Shown piece after piece: positions 19,983 through 30,383 of a DNA stretch of 64,000 nucleotides (position 1 is its first letter; the number at the start of each line of letters is the position of its first letter). The position numbers and the translations under genes are program-made. The stretch lies in NCBI GenBank assembly GCA_963702475.1, contig CAVPCT010000002.1:128001-192000 (forward strand). The letters run 5' to 3'. This DNA comes from an uncultured Thermoleophilia bacterium. Lineage in GTDB: Bacteria; Actinomycetota; Thermoleophilia; UBA2241. Under the pieces are notes generated by a model. It saw only the letters and a program-made list of their open reading frames with translations, made no database searches and was not told where the DNA came from.

Positions 19983-20073
19983 GCTCGACCCTGTGCGCGC
20001 TTTGGACGGGACGGCGCCTCGGGCCCCGGGAGCCGGGCACCGCCGCCCGGCGGTTCTGATAGAATCCGCGCCG

Positions 20074-21594
20074 ATGAAGCTAGCCGAGCTGGTGCAGGGG
20101 GTCGACGGCGCTACGGTGCGCGGCGACCCGGCTACCGAGGTCAGTGGCCTCGCCTACCACACGCGTGACGTCGCCGACGGCACGCTTTTCTTTTGCGTGC
20201 CGGGGCTCAGCGCCGACGGACACGCCTTCGCCGGCCGGGCCGTAGAGCACGGCGCTGCTGCGCTGGTCTGCGAGCGGTCCACCGGCGCCGCGGCCGCGGA
20301 GGTCCTGGTGCCGTCGGCGCGCCGCGCCATGGCGCTCATCGCGGCGCGCTGGTACGGGGAGCCGTCGCGCGAGCTCACGGTCGCGGGCGTCACGGGCACC
20401 AACGGCAAGACGACCACGGCCCACCTCGTGGCCGGCATCCTCGCCGCGGCCGGCAAGCGGACGGCCCTCCTCGGCACGGTAGTCAACCGCATCGGCGGCG
20501 TCGACAACGCCGTCACGCTGACGACCGCCGAGTCGCTCGACCTGCAGCGCATGTTCCGGGAGATGCTGGACGCCGGTGACGAGGCGTGCGCGCTGGAGGT
20601 CAGCTCGCACGCCCTGTCGCAGGACCGCGCCCTCGGCATCGACTTCGACGCGGTGCTGTTCAGCAATCTCACGCGCGACCACCTCGACTACCACAAGGAC
20701 CTCGACGACTACTTCCTCGCCAAGCGTCGCCTGTTCCTGCCGGACGAAGCGCGCAGCGGCTCGGCCAGAGCTATCGTCAACGTCGGGGACGAGTACGGCC
20801 GGCGCCTGGCCGGCGAGTGCCGGCCGATCTACGGCGACGACCTCTGGACCTGTCTCGTCGCCGACGGGCAGACGGCAGGGCTGCAGCCGGACGAGCGGCC
20901 CGACGCGGAGGCGCGCGACCTGCGGCTGCGCGCCGACGGCTCCGAGTTCACGCTCGCCGTTCCGCGCCTGGACCTCGAGGAGAGGGTGGTACTCAGGCTC
21001 GCGGCGCGCTTCAACGTCGAGAACGCCCTGGCCGCGGCCGCGGCCGGACTGGCCCTGGGTGTCCCGGCCGAGGCCGTGGTGCGCGGGCTCTCGGTGACCG
21101 AGGGCGTGCCCGGGCGTTTCCAGGCCGTCCGTGTGGGCCAGCCGTTCGCCGTGATCGTGGACTACTCGCACACACCCGACTCGCTCGAGAACGCGCTCCG
21201 TGCCGCGCGCAGCGTCACGCGCGGCCGTGTGCTCGTGGTGTTCGGCTGCGGCGGCGACCGCGACCGCGGCAAACGGCCGCTGATGGGCGACATCGGCGCG
21301 CGGCTCGCCGACCTCGCCTACGTCACGTCCGACAACCCACGCAGCGAGGAGCCGCTGGCCATCATCGACGAGATCGTCGCCGGGGTGCCCGAGGAGCTGG
21401 CGACGCGGGTCACCGTCGAAGCGGACAGGCGCCTGGCCATCAGGCTGGCCCTGGACGACGCCCGGGACGACGACTGCGTGGTCATCGCCGGCAAGGGTCA
21501 CGAGCAGGGGCAGCTCATCGGCGACCGCCGCATCCCGTTCGACGACCGGCGGGTGGCCGAGGAGCTCCTGGCGGAGCTCGGCGGGGATTGGTGA
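20074..21594 (+). CDS. murE: UDP-MurNAc-tripeptide synthetase (mDAP-type)
   Basis: GVTGTNGKTT, EVSSH, NLTRDHLDYH, DYSHTPD, GCGGDRD, DNPR, AGKGHE. Confidence 0.96.
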   Translation: MKLAELVQGVDGATVRGDPATEVSGLAYHTRDVADGTLFFCVPGLSADGHAFAGRAVEHGAAALVCERSTGAAAAEVLVPSARRAMALIAARWYGEPSRELTVAGVTGTNGKTTTAHLVAGILAAAGKRTALLGTVVNRIGGVDNAVTLTTAESLDLQRMFREMLDAGDEACALEVSSHALSQDRALGIDFDAVLFSNLTRDHLDYHKDLDDYFLAKRRLFLPDEARSGSARAIVNVGDEYGRRLAGECRPIYGDDLWTCLVADGQTAGLQPDERPDAEARDLRLRADGSEFTLAVPRLDLEERVVLRLAARFNVENALAAAAAGLALGVPAEAVVRGLSVTEGVPGRFQAVRVGQPFAVIVDYSHTPDSLENALRAARSVTRGRVLVVFGCGGDRDRGKRPLMGDIGARLADLAYVTSDNPRSEEPLAIIDEIVAGVPEELATRVTVEADRRLAIRLALDDARDDDCVVIAGKGHEQGQLIGDRRIPFDDRRVAEELLAELGGDW

Positions 21595-21598
21595 CGCG

Positions 21599-23050
21599 GT
21601 GCTGCCCCTGACGCTCGCCGAGGTGGCGGCCGCCTGCGGCGGCGAGCTGCGCGGCAGCCGGCGCGGCACGGTGGTCGCCTCCGTCACCACCGATTCGCGG
21701 TGTCTCACGACGGGCGACCTCTTCGTCGGCCTGCGCGGTGCGTCGTTCGACGGCGACGCCTACGCCGCGGAGGCGCTGGCCGCCGGCGCCGCGGCCGCGG
21801 TGGTGCGAGCCGAGACCGCGGCTGCCCTCCCGCCGGAGGCGTCTGCGATCGTCGTCAAGGACGGCCTGCGGGCGCTGCAGGACCTGGCCACGGAAGTCCG
21901 GCGCCGCTCGCGCGCCCGCGTCGTGGCCGTCACCGGCAGCGCCGGCAAGACCTCCACCAAAGACATCCTCACGGCGCTGCTTCGCCCTGTGGCGCGCACG
22001 GTCGCCACGACGGCGAACCACAACAACGAGGTCGGTGTCCCACTGACGCTGCTGCAGACAGCGCCGGACACCGAGGTCGTGGTGGTGGAGATGGCCATGC
22101 GCGGCGCGGGGCAGATCCGCGAGCTGGCTCGCGTGGCGCTGCCCGACATCGGCATCATCACGACCATCGCCCCCGTGCATCTGGAGCTGGTCGGCACCAT
22201 CGAACACGTGGCCGCAGCCAAGGCCGAGCTCATCGAGGAGCTCGGCGGGGGCACGGCCGTCGTTCCCGCCGGCGAGGCGCTCCTGGAGCCGCATCTCGCC
22301 GCCTTCAAGGGTCGCGTGGTCACCTTTGGCGAGCCCGAAGCGGACGTGCACTACGTGGACGAGGAGCGGCGCGGCGACAGCACGCACGTGCTCGTGGATG
22401 CGTTCCGGCACCGCGCCAGGCTCGTCTTCAGCTTCACCGGCGGCCACTACCTGCGCGACGCCCTGGCCGCCCTCGGCGCCTTCGTGGACCTCGGCTATCC
22501 CCTTGAGCAGGCCCGTGCCGGCGCCGCCCAGGTCGCTTTCAGCGACCTCCGCGGCGCCGTATCGGCTCTCGCCGGCGGCGGCCTGCTGCTGAACGATGCC
22601 TACAACGCCAATCCGCTGGCCATGCGGGCCGCCGTCGACCACCTCGTGAGCATCGCCGACGCGCGGCCCACCGTGGCCGTGCTCGGCGACATGTACGAGC
22701 TGGGGGAGGGCGCGCCCGCCTACCACCACGAGGTCGGCCGCCACTGCGAGGCCGCCGGTGTGCGCGTGGTGGCCGTCGGCGCCCTCGCACACGGTTACCT
22801 CACCGGCGCTCCGGGCGAGCGCTGGTTCGCCACGGTCGGCGAGTGCATCGCAGCGCTGCCGGAGGTCGTCCCGCCCGGCAGCGCCGTGCTGGTGAAGGCA
22901 TCGCGGGGTCTGCGCCTGGAGCGGGTCGCGGAGGCGCTGGCCGCGCGACAGGCAGAGGCCGGCGCGGTCTGCGGTGGAGCCGCGGGCGCGCGGGACCCGG
23001 CCTTTGCCCCTGTGCCGGCCACGCCGTCTCGGGAGCCCGCCGATGCTTAG
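21599..23050 (+). CDS. murF: UDP-MurNAc-tripeptide--D-Ala-D-Ala ligase
   Basis: VTGSAGKTSTK, NHNNEVGVP, NDAYNANP, LGDMYELG, KASRG. Confidence 0.96.
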   Translation: MLPLTLAEVAAACGGELRGSRRGTVVASVTTDSRCLTTGDLFVGLRGASFDGDAYAAEALAAGAAAAVVRAETAAALPPEASAIVVKDGLRALQDLATEVRRRSRARVVAVTGSAGKTSTKDILTALLRPVARTVATTANHNNEVGVPLTLLQTAPDTEVVVVEMAMRGAGQIRELARVALPDIGIITTIAPVHLELVGTIEHVAAAKAELIEELGGGTAVVPAGEALLEPHLAAFKGRVVTFGEPEADVHYVDEERRGDSTHVLVDAFRHRARLVFSFTGGHYLRDALAALGAFVDLGYPLEQARAGAAQVAFSDLRGAVSALAGGGLLLNDAYNANPLAMRAAVDHLVSIADARPTVAVLGDMYELGEGAPAYHHEVGRHCEAAGVRVVAVGALAHGYLTGAPGERWFATVGECIAALPEVVPPGSAVLVKASRGLRLERVAEALAARQAEAGAVCGGAAGARDPAFAPVPATPSREPADA

Positions 23051-24029
23051 GGCCATGGGCGCCGGCGTGGTCGCCATGATCCTCATGCTCGTCGTCGGCC
23101 CGGCCTTCATCCGCTGGCTGCGCGTCAACGAGTTCGGCCAGAGCATCCGCGAGGAGGGGCCCGAGGGCCACAAGACCAAAGAAGGCACGCCCACCATGGG
23201 CGGCATGCTCATCTGGCTGGCCGTGGTCGTGCCGTTCCTCATCTTCAGCCGTTTCTCCGTCGCCTCCCTGGCGGTCATGATCGCCGCCCTCGGCAACGCC
23301 GCCATCGGCTTCGCCGACGACTGGATCAAGATCGTCAGGCGCCGTTCGCTCGGGCTCACCGCCCGGTACAAGCTCATCCTCCAGCTGGCCCTGGCACTCT
23401 TCATCGGGTTCGTGGCTCTGCACTTCGTGGGCCTCGACACGCGCGTCGACGTCCCGTTCACCGACTGGCAGGTGGAGCTGCCTCTGTGGCTCTACTACAC
23501 GGTGATCTTCCTCACGATCGCCGGGTTCTCCAACGCCGTGAACCTCACCGACGGGCTGGACGGGCTCGCGGCCGGGGCCTCGGCCATCGTGCTTGTCGCC
23601 ATGGCCGGTATCGCCTTCGTCATCGGGCGCAACGCCAGCGACCCCGGGATCAGCGACCTCATGGTCGTGGCCGGCTGCATCGGCGGCGCCTGCCTGGGGT
23701 TCCTCTGGTACAACACGTTCCCCGCCGACGTCTTCATGGGGGACACGGGCTCGCTCGGCCTGGGTGGCGCCATCGCCGGCATGGCCGTGATGACCCGCAC
23801 TGAGTTCGTGCTGCTCATCATCGGGGGCCTGTTCGTGATCGAGGCCGGCTCCGTGGCGCTGCAGGTCTTCACCTTCAAGGTCTTCCACCGGCGTGTGCTG
23901 CTCATGGCGCCGCTGCACCACCACTTCGAGCTCAAGGCGTGGTCGGAGACCAAGATCATCGTGCGCTTCTGGATCATCGCGGCGCTGTTCGCCGGCGCCG
24001 GGTTCGCAGCCTACTACGCCACCTTCTAG
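23043..24029 (+). CDS. mraY: Phospho-MurNAc-pentapeptide transferase
   Basis: KEGTPTMGG, GFADD, NAVNLTDGLDGL, FMGDTGS, APLHHHFE. Confidence 0.96.
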   Translation: MLRAMGAGVVAMILMLVVGPAFIRWLRVNEFGQSIREEGPEGHKTKEGTPTMGGMLIWLAVVVPFLIFSRFSVASLAVMIAALGNAAIGFADDWIKIVRRRSLGLTARYKLILQLALALFIGFVALHFVGLDTRVDVPFTDWQVELPLWLYYTVIFLTIAGFSNAVNLTDGLDGLAAGASAIVLVAMAGIAFVIGRNASDPGISDLMVVAGCIGGACLGFLWYNTFPADVFMGDTGSLGLGGAIAGMAVMTRTEFVLLIIGGLFVIEAGSVALQVFTFKVFHRRVLLMAPLHHHFELKAWSETKIIVRFWIIAALFAGAGFAAYYATF

Positions 24030-24042
24030 GAGGGCCGGCGCC

Positions 24043-25530
24043 ATGGAGCTGAGCGACGTCCGTTGTCTGGTGGTGCTGGGCCTGCGCCGCTCCGGGCTGC
24101 CGGCGGCGCTGCTCGCCCGCCGGCGTCTTCCCGCGGTGCGCGTCGTGGCCCTCGACGAGGGAGCGGCGCCCGAGGAGGCCACGGCCGAGCTGTTGGCGGC
24201 CGGGGTGGAGGTGCTCACCGGCGCCGCGGCCGTCCTGCCCGACGACGCGGACCTGCTCGTCAAGAGCCCCGGCGTGCCCAACGAGAGCGCCGTGGTGCAG
24301 GGAGCACTGCGGCGCGGCGTCGCGCTGTGGAGCGAGGTGGAGCTCGCCGCCCGCTTCCTGCCCAACAGGATCGTCGGCATCACCGGCACCAACGGCAAGA
24401 CCACGACCACCGAGCTCACCGGCGCCCTGTTCCGCGACGCGGGTCTGCCGGTGGCCGTGGGCGGCAACATCGGGCACGCCCTGGCCGGCATGCCTGAAGA
24501 GGTGCCGGCCGACGCGGTGGTGGTGGCCGAGCTCTCGAGCTTCCAGCTGGAGCACATCGAGCGCTTTCGGCCCGACGTGGCGGTGCTGCTGAACCTGGCG
24601 GAGGACCACCTGGACCGCCACGGCGACTACCGCGGCTACGCCGACGCCAAGCTGCGCGTCCTCGAGAACCAGACGCCGAGCGACCTCGCGGTGCTGTGCG
24701 CCGACGACCCCGGCGTGCTGGAGGAGGCGGCGGCCGGCCGTCTCACGGGCAGCGGCCGCCGCGCCTGGTTCTCGTCGGTGCCGGGGCGCGACGACGGACC
24801 CGGCGGCGCGCCGCTCATCGCCGGCGTCGGCGCGGACGGCGTGCTGTGGGTGGACGGGGACCTGGTCCCTGCCGCCGGCCGCGCGGGGGACGTGCCGTCG
24901 GCGCGACGGCCCGAGGCGGACGCTCGCGGCCGGATCGCGCTCTGTCCGGCGGCGGAGCTGTCGCTGCGCGGCGACCACAACGTGCAGAACGCGCTGGCCG
25001 CCGCCGTGGCGGCGTGCGCCCTGGGCGTGCCGCCCGTCTCCGCCGCGCAGACGCTGCGCACGTTCGCCGGCGTACCGCACCGCCTTCAGGTGGTCGCCGT
25101 CGTCGGCGGCGTCACCTACGTGAACGACTCCAAGGGCACCAACGTGGACGCCGTGCTCAAGGCGCTCACCGCGTATACGCAGCGCGTACACCTGATCCTC
25201 GGCGGCTACGACAAGGGCGCCGAGTGGGACGAGCTGGTCGTCGCGACCGAGGGTCGCGTCGTGGAGGCGCTGCTCATCGGTGCCACGGCCCTGCAGCTGG
25301 AGGCCGCCTTCAGAGCGCGCGCGGCCGCGTGCGGCTCGCGCGCGACGCCGGCCGTGGTGTGCGGCGACCTCGAGACGGCCATGCAGCTCGCCTCCGTGGA
25401 CGCGGTGCCGGGTGACGTGGTGCTCCTCAGCCCAGCCTGCGCGAGCTGGGACCAGTACAGGGATTACGAGGCTCGGGGCGAACACTTCATCGAACTCGTG
25501 GAACGTCTTGAGACAAGCGGCACGCCGTGA
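24043..25530 (+). CDS. murD: UDP-MurNAc-L-Ala--D-Glu ligase
   Basis: KSPGVP, ITGTNGKTTT, ELSSFQL, DHLDRH, NDSKGTN, LSPACASWD. Confidence 0.95.
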   Translation: MELSDVRCLVVLGLRRSGLPAALLARRRLPAVRVVALDEGAAPEEATAELLAAGVEVLTGAAAVLPDDADLLVKSPGVPNESAVVQGALRRGVALWSEVELAARFLPNRIVGITGTNGKTTTTELTGALFRDAGLPVAVGGNIGHALAGMPEEVPADAVVVAELSSFQLEHIERFRPDVAVLLNLAEDHLDRHGDYRGYADAKLRVLENQTPSDLAVLCADDPGVLEEAAAGRLTGSGRRAWFSSVPGRDDGPGGAPLIAGVGADGVLWVDGDLVPAAGRAGDVPSARRPEADARGRIALCPAAELSLRGDHNVQNALAAAVAACALGVPPVSAAQTLRTFAGVPHRLQVVAVVGGVTYVNDSKGTNVDAVLKALTAYTQRVHLILGGYDKGAEWDELVVATEGRVVEALLIGATALQLEAAFRARAAACGSRATPAVVCGDLETAMQLASVDAVPGDVVLLSPACASWDQYRDYEARGEHFIELVERLETSGTP

Positions 25531-25546
25531 CTTCGCGGAGGGGCCG

Positions 25547-26995
25547 ATGACGAGATCCCCGCTCGACCACTCGGACTGGGCGCACGGCGGAGGGACGCGG
25601 GGGCGCCGCGCCGGCGGCGCCCCCGCGTCCGCTGTGCGCCGGGACGAGGTCACGTCGTCGACCCGCCGGACACGACCTGCGGCGGGAACCGCCGGCGACA
25701 GCACCACCGCGCGCGTCACCGCTCGCGGTCGGGCCGCCGGGACTGTCTCGCGGCCCGCGGCGCCGCGGCGCGTCGACGCGCGGCGCCGGGCGGCGGCCCA
25801 CGGCATCCCGGGGCCGGGCGTCGCCGAACGCCGCACGCTCCTGCTCGTGACCTTCCTGCTCCTGCTGTACGGCCTCGTGATGGCCTACAGCGCCTCCGCC
25901 GCGCAGGCTTACTTCCAGTACGACTCCAGCTTCTACTTCCTCAAGCGCCAGGTCGTGTGGGCTCTTCTGGGCGGCGGCGTCATGTTCGTACTCTCGCGCG
26001 TCGACTACGCTTGGTGGCGCAAGGCGGCGGTGCCCGTCGCCGGGCTCGTGGGCATGCTCCTCGTGGCGGTGCTCGTGCCCGGCATCGGGAGCGTCGTGAA
26101 CGGCGCCCGGCGCTGGATCTTCTTCGGCGGCCAGGGCATCCAGCCCAGCGAGCTGGCCAAGCTGGCCGCCGTCGTGCTCGTCGCGACCCTTGTCGTGCGT
26201 CGCCCCAAAGACGTCGAGACGCCGCTCGGCTTCGTCAAGCTGGCCGGCGTCGGCATCGTGCCGCCGGCGCTGCTCATCATGCTGGAGCCCGACCTGGGCA
26301 CCTCGCTCGTCCTGGTGGTGGCCGTGATCGCGGTGCTCGTCGCCGCCGGGGCGAAGCTGCGGTACCTGCTCGCCCTGGCCGTGGTGGGGGCGGCCGGGGT
26401 CCTCGCGCTCATCGTCGTCGAGCCCTACCGTATGGAGCGCCTCACCACGTTCCTCGACCCCTGGAAGGATCCGCAAGGCAGTGGCTTCCAGGCCACCCAG
26501 TCGCTCATCTCCATCGCCTCGGGACGTCTGTTCGGCGTCGGCCTCGGCAACTCGGTGCAGAAGTTCGGCTTCCTGCCCGAGCAGGGCACCGACATGATCA
26601 CCGGGATCATCGGGGAGGAGCTCGGGCTCGCCGGGGTCGTCGTGCTGCTCGCGCTCCTGGCGGCGCTCGCCTGGGCCTGTTTCCGCATCGCTCTCACGTG
26701 CCGCGACCTGTTCGGCAAGCTGTTGGCCACCGGCATCACCGCCATCATCATCGGTCAGGCCTGCATCAACGTCGGCGCCGCCTTCGGGTTGATCCCGCTC
26801 ACCGGCGTGCCGCTGCCGCTGGTCTCACTCGGCGGCACCAGCCTCGTCGTGGTGTTCGCGGGCCTGGGTATCCTGCTCAACATCGCCACCAACCGGAGGA
26901 GCTACATTGTCGTCAGCGCTCAGCGGAAGGACGCTCCTGCTGGCCGCCGGCGGGACCGGCGGGCACCTGCAGCCGGCTCTCGCCGTAGCGGCTGA
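25547..26995 (+). CDS. ftsW: SEDS peptidoglycan glycosyltransferase FtsW (long basic N-terminal extension)
   Basis: NGARRW, QPSELAK, EPDLGT, FLPEQGTD, GEELG, TGVPLPLVSLGGTS. Confidence 0.94.
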   Translation: MTRSPLDHSDWAHGGGTRGRRAGGAPASAVRRDEVTSSTRRTRPAAGTAGDSTTARVTARGRAAGTVSRPAAPRRVDARRRAAAHGIPGPGVAERRTLLLVTFLLLLYGLVMAYSASAAQAYFQYDSSFYFLKRQVVWALLGGGVMFVLSRVDYAWWRKAAVPVAGLVGMLLVAVLVPGIGSVVNGARRWIFFGGQGIQPSELAKLAAVVLVATLVVRRPKDVETPLGFVKLAGVGIVPPALLIMLEPDLGTSLVLVVAVIAVLVAAGAKLRYLLALAVVGAAGVLALIVVEPYRMERLTTFLDPWKDPQGSGFQATQSLISIASGRLFGVGLGNSVQKFGFLPEQGTDMITGIIGEELGLAGVVVLLALLAALAWACFRIALTCRDLFGKLLATGITAIIIGQACINVGAAFGLIPLTGVPLPLVSLGGTSLVVVFAGLGILLNIATNRRSYIVVSAQRKDAPAGRRRDRRAPAAGSRRSG

Positions 26996-28004
26996 GGCGC
27001 AGGTCCGCGGGGCGCGAGTCGTCGTCGTCACCACGCCGTCACAGGTCGATCGCGTCGCGGAGCAGTACCACACCTACGCGCTCGAGCTGGCGGGGTTCGC
27101 GCGGCGTGTGGACGCGCACGCGTACCTGCGCACGGCGCGCCTGCTGCTGGCCGCGGTGCCGCGCGTCTCGCGCATCCTGGCCGAGGTCAGGCCGGACGTC
27201 GCCATGGGCGGCGGCGGGTTCGCCAGCGGTCCCGTGATCGCCGTCGCCGCGCTGCACGGTGTACCGGCACTGGCCACCGAGGCCGACGCCCACCTCGGCG
27301 TCGCCAACCGGTTGCTGCGGCCGTTCGTGCGCCGCGTCTGTCTGAGCTTCCCCATCGCCGGCCTCACACCGCCGAAATACGTGCTCACGGGGCGGCCCCT
27401 GGCGGCGGCGCAGTCGACGGCGACCGCCGAGGAGGGTCGCGAGGTCTTCGGCCTGCGCGCCGACCTGCCGGTGCTGCTCGCCTTCGGCGGCAGCCAGGGG
27501 GCGCAGAGCATCAACCGCGCTTTCGTCGAGGCCTTCGGCGGCCGCGACCTGGCGTGGCAGATCGTGCACGTGTGCGGCCCGAAGAACCACGCCGAGGTGA
27601 GAGAAGCGCTCGAGGCGCGCGGCGAGCGGTTTGAGCGCTACCGTCTGGTCGCCTACACTGACCGCCTGGCCGCCGCCATGGCGGCGGCCGACCTCGTGGT
27701 GGCCCGGTCCGGCGGATCGGTGGCCGAGCTCGCCGCGCTGGGCCGCCCGGCCGTCCTGGTGCCCTACCCGTACGCCACCGCCGACCACCAGCGCAAGAAC
27801 GCGCGCTGGATGGTGGACGGCGGAGCCGCCCTGCTGGTGGACGACGCCGAGCTCGACGGTGAGCTGCTGGCGCGCCTAGTCGGCGAGCTGCTGGCCGACC
27901 GGTCGCGGCTCGCGGCGATGGCGAGGGCCAGCAGGACGCTCGGTCGCCCGGACGCCGCGCAGCGTGTGGCCGACCAGCTTGAAGAGATCGTGAAGCAGAG
28001 ATGA
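26907..28004 (+). CDS. murG: Lipid II GlcNAc transferase
   Basis: AGGTGGH, GGGFASGP, FGGSQGA, DHQRKNA. Confidence 0.95.
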   Translation: MSSALSGRTLLLAAGGTGGHLQPALAVAAEAQVRGARVVVVTTPSQVDRVAEQYHTYALELAGFARRVDAHAYLRTARLLLAAVPRVSRILAEVRPDVAMGGGGFASGPVIAVAALHGVPALATEADAHLGVANRLLRPFVRRVCLSFPIAGLTPPKYVLTGRPLAAAQSTATAEEGREVFGLRADLPVLLAFGGSQGAQSINRAFVEAFGGRDLAWQIVHVCGPKNHAEVREALEARGERFERYRLVAYTDRLAAAMAAADLVVARSGGSVAELAALGRPAVLVPYPYATADHQRKNARWMVDGGAALLVDDAELDGELLARLVGELLADRSRLAAMARASRTLGRPDAAQRVADQLEEIVKQR

Positions 28005-28011
28005 GGGGACG

Positions 28012-29421
28012 ATGAGCGAGGACGCCTTGAAGGACTTCCCACAGCCCGTGCACTTCGTGGGCGTCGGCGGCGCGGGCATGAGCGGCATCGCCACGGTGCT
28101 CCACGCCCTGGGCGTGCGCGTGACCGGATCGGATCTGAAGGCATCGCGGTACACGCGCCGCCTCGTTGATGCCGGCGTGCCGGTCGCCATCGGGCACGAG
28201 GCGGCGAACCTGGGCGACGCCGCCGTGGTCGTGATCTCCTCGGCCATCCCCGAGACCAACCCCGAGGTGCACGCGGCGCGCGCCGCGGGCCTGCCGGTGC
28301 TCAAGCGCGCCGAGATGCTCGCCCGCGTGATGCGCCTGCGGCGCGGCATCGCTGTGGCCGGCACCCACGGCAAGACCACCACGTCGTCGATGATCTCCCA
28401 CGTGCTGCACCAGTGCGGCCTCGCCCCCACCTTCCTCGTGGGCGGCGAGCTCAACGACATGGGCTCCAACGCCGCGGTGGGACAGGGCGAATGGCTCGTG
28501 GCGGAGGCCGACGAAAGCGACGGCAGCCTGCTCTACCTGCGTCCCGAGATCGCCGTGGTGGCCAACGTGGAGCTCGACCACCACGCCAACTACGGATGCC
28601 TCGACGACGTCGTCGAGGTGTTCCGCCGCTTCGTCGCCCTGCTGCCCCCCGATGGCTTGCTCGTCCTGGTGGAGAGCAGCGGCGGCGAGACGCTGGCCGC
28701 GCACACCCAGGCCGAGGTCGTCGTCGTGGGCCTCACGGGCGGCGACCTTCGGGCTCGCATCGAACGAGTCGACGACCGCGGCAGCGAGTTCACCGTCGCG
28801 GAGGACGGCGACGAGCTCGCCCGGGTGACGCTGCGCGTGCCGGGCGAGCACAACGTGCTCAACGCGCTCACGGCGCTCGCCGTGCTGCGCCGCGCCGGCG
28901 TCTCGCCGGAGCAGGCGGCGCCCCATCTCGCGAGCTTCAGCGGTGCGGCCCGCCGCTACCAGGAGCTGGGCCGCCACGACGGCGTGCTGGTGGTGGACGA
29001 CTACGCCCACCACCCCACGGAGATCGCTGCCACCCTGACGGCGGCGCGGCAAGGCGGCCACGGCCGCGTGGTGGCCGTGTTCCAGCCGCACCTGTTCTCT
29101 CGCACCCGCTACCTGCAGCGGGAGTTCGGGCGGGCGCTCACCCTGGCCGACGAGGCCATCGTCACCGACATCTTCCCGTCGCGCGAGGAGCCGGAGCCGG
29201 GCGTCACCGGCAAGCTCATCGTCGATGCGTACCTCGCGGAGCGGCCCGGCGGGCCCGTCCGCTACCTGCCGCGCCTCGGTGACGTCGTGCGGTACCTGAG
29301 CGACCGTGTGCGCCCCGGCGACCTGGTGCTCACGCTCGGCGCCGGCGACGTGTTCCACGCCGGCGAGCAGTTGCTCGTCACGCTCGCCGAGCAAGGGGAA
29401 GGGGCCGCGCGCGGCGAATAG
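28012..29421 (+). CDS. murC: UDP-MurNAc--L-alanine ligase
   Basis: GVGGAGMSG, AGTHGKTTTS, EADESDGS, DDYAHHPTE, FQPHLFSRT. Confidence 0.96.
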   Translation: MSEDALKDFPQPVHFVGVGGAGMSGIATVLHALGVRVTGSDLKASRYTRRLVDAGVPVAIGHEAANLGDAAVVVISSAIPETNPEVHAARAAGLPVLKRAEMLARVMRLRRGIAVAGTHGKTTTSSMISHVLHQCGLAPTFLVGGELNDMGSNAAVGQGEWLVAEADESDGSLLYLRPEIAVVANVELDHHANYGCLDDVVEVFRRFVALLPPDGLLVLVESSGGETLAAHTQAEVVVVGLTGGDLRARIERVDDRGSEFTVAEDGDELARVTLRVPGEHNVLNALTALAVLRRAGVSPEQAAPHLASFSGAARRYQELGRHDGVLVVDDYAHHPTEIAATLTAARQGGHGRVVAVFQPHLFSRTRYLQREFGRALTLADEAIVTDIFPSREEPEPGVTGKLIVDAYLAERPGGPVRYLPRLGDVVRYLSDRVRPGDLVLTLGAGDVFHAGEQLLVTLAEQGEGAARGE

Positions 29422-29458
29422 ACGCGTGTAGTCGTCTACTCCCGCAGAGGGTCGGTGC

Positions 29459-30373
29459 ATGGCCAAAGGAGGCGGAGCGAACCGCCCGCGATTTCGTCTG
29501 CTTCCTACCGTGCTGCTCACGGCGGCCATCCTGCTCCTGCCCACCGCCGTCTACGCCTGGGGCAGGAACTCGAGCTCCTTCACCGTCCGTCACGTCTCCG
29601 TGACCGGCACCGAGGTCGTCCCCGTGGGCAAGGTCACTCGCGTGCTGCGGCGCGACTACCTGGGGAGGAACCTCTTCACGGTGACCGCGAAGGACGTGAA
29701 GGCGACCCTGGAGCCCCTTTCTTACGTGGCCGCCGTCGCCGTCGATAGGGACTTCCCCGGCACGCTCCGCGTGCGCATCACCGAGTACGTGCCCGCACTG
29801 TATGTGTACGCCGGTAAGCGCTGGTACGTGGTGGGCGCCGACGGCCGGGTGATCCTCGAACAGCCGGCGCCGAAGCAGAAGAAGGCCGGCGCCGGCGGGG
29901 GCGACGCCTCGAGCGACGAGGCGCACGCCACGGCCGGCGCGGCCGCGGCTTCGCCTGAGACCACCACGGCTCCCGGCGCACCTGCTCTCAGTGACAAGCA
30001 GGCCCGGCTGCTTGATACGCTCGCCGCCGGGCCGCGCGGCGCCGATCTGAAGCTGCCGCGTATGGCCGTGGCCGGAGAGCTTGGACCGGGCACCGTCACC
30101 GCCGATCGCGGCGTGCGCGCCGCCCTGTCGGTGCTCTCCGGACTTCCGGCCTCGATGCCGGCGCAGATCGCCGTCGTCGAGGCCGACGGTCCTCAGCTCT
30201 CGCTGCGCTTCGCGCGTGGCCCTCTTGTCGCTTGGGGTGACTCCTCGCGCGCGTTCGCCAAGTCCCTCGCGCTGCGTGCCGTGCTCGCGAGGTACGAAGA
30301 CGCCGGCAAGACGTGCGCGTACATGGACGTGTCCGTGCCCGACAGGGTGCTCGCCCGCCCCGTGCTCAAGTGA
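29459..30373 (+). CDS. ftsQ: Cell division protein FtsQ/DivIB
   Basis: TM, POTRA domain (VRHVSVTG...RDFPGTLRVRITE), C-terminal YMDVSVPDR; dcw position. Confidence 0.88.
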   Translation: MAKGGGANRPRFRLLPTVLLTAAILLLPTAVYAWGRNSSSFTVRHVSVTGTEVVPVGKVTRVLRRDYLGRNLFTVTAKDVKATLEPLSYVAAVAVDRDFPGTLRVRITEYVPALYVYAGKRWYVVGADGRVILEQPAPKQKKAGAGGGDASSDEAHATAGAAAASPETTTAPGAPALSDKQARLLDTLAAGPRGADLKLPRMAVAGELGPGTVTADRGVRAALSVLSGLPASMPAQIAVVEADGPQLSLRFARGPLVAWGDSSRAFAKSLALRAVLARYEDAGKTCAYMDVSVPDRVLARPVLK

Positions 30374-30383
30374 TTCCCGCGCC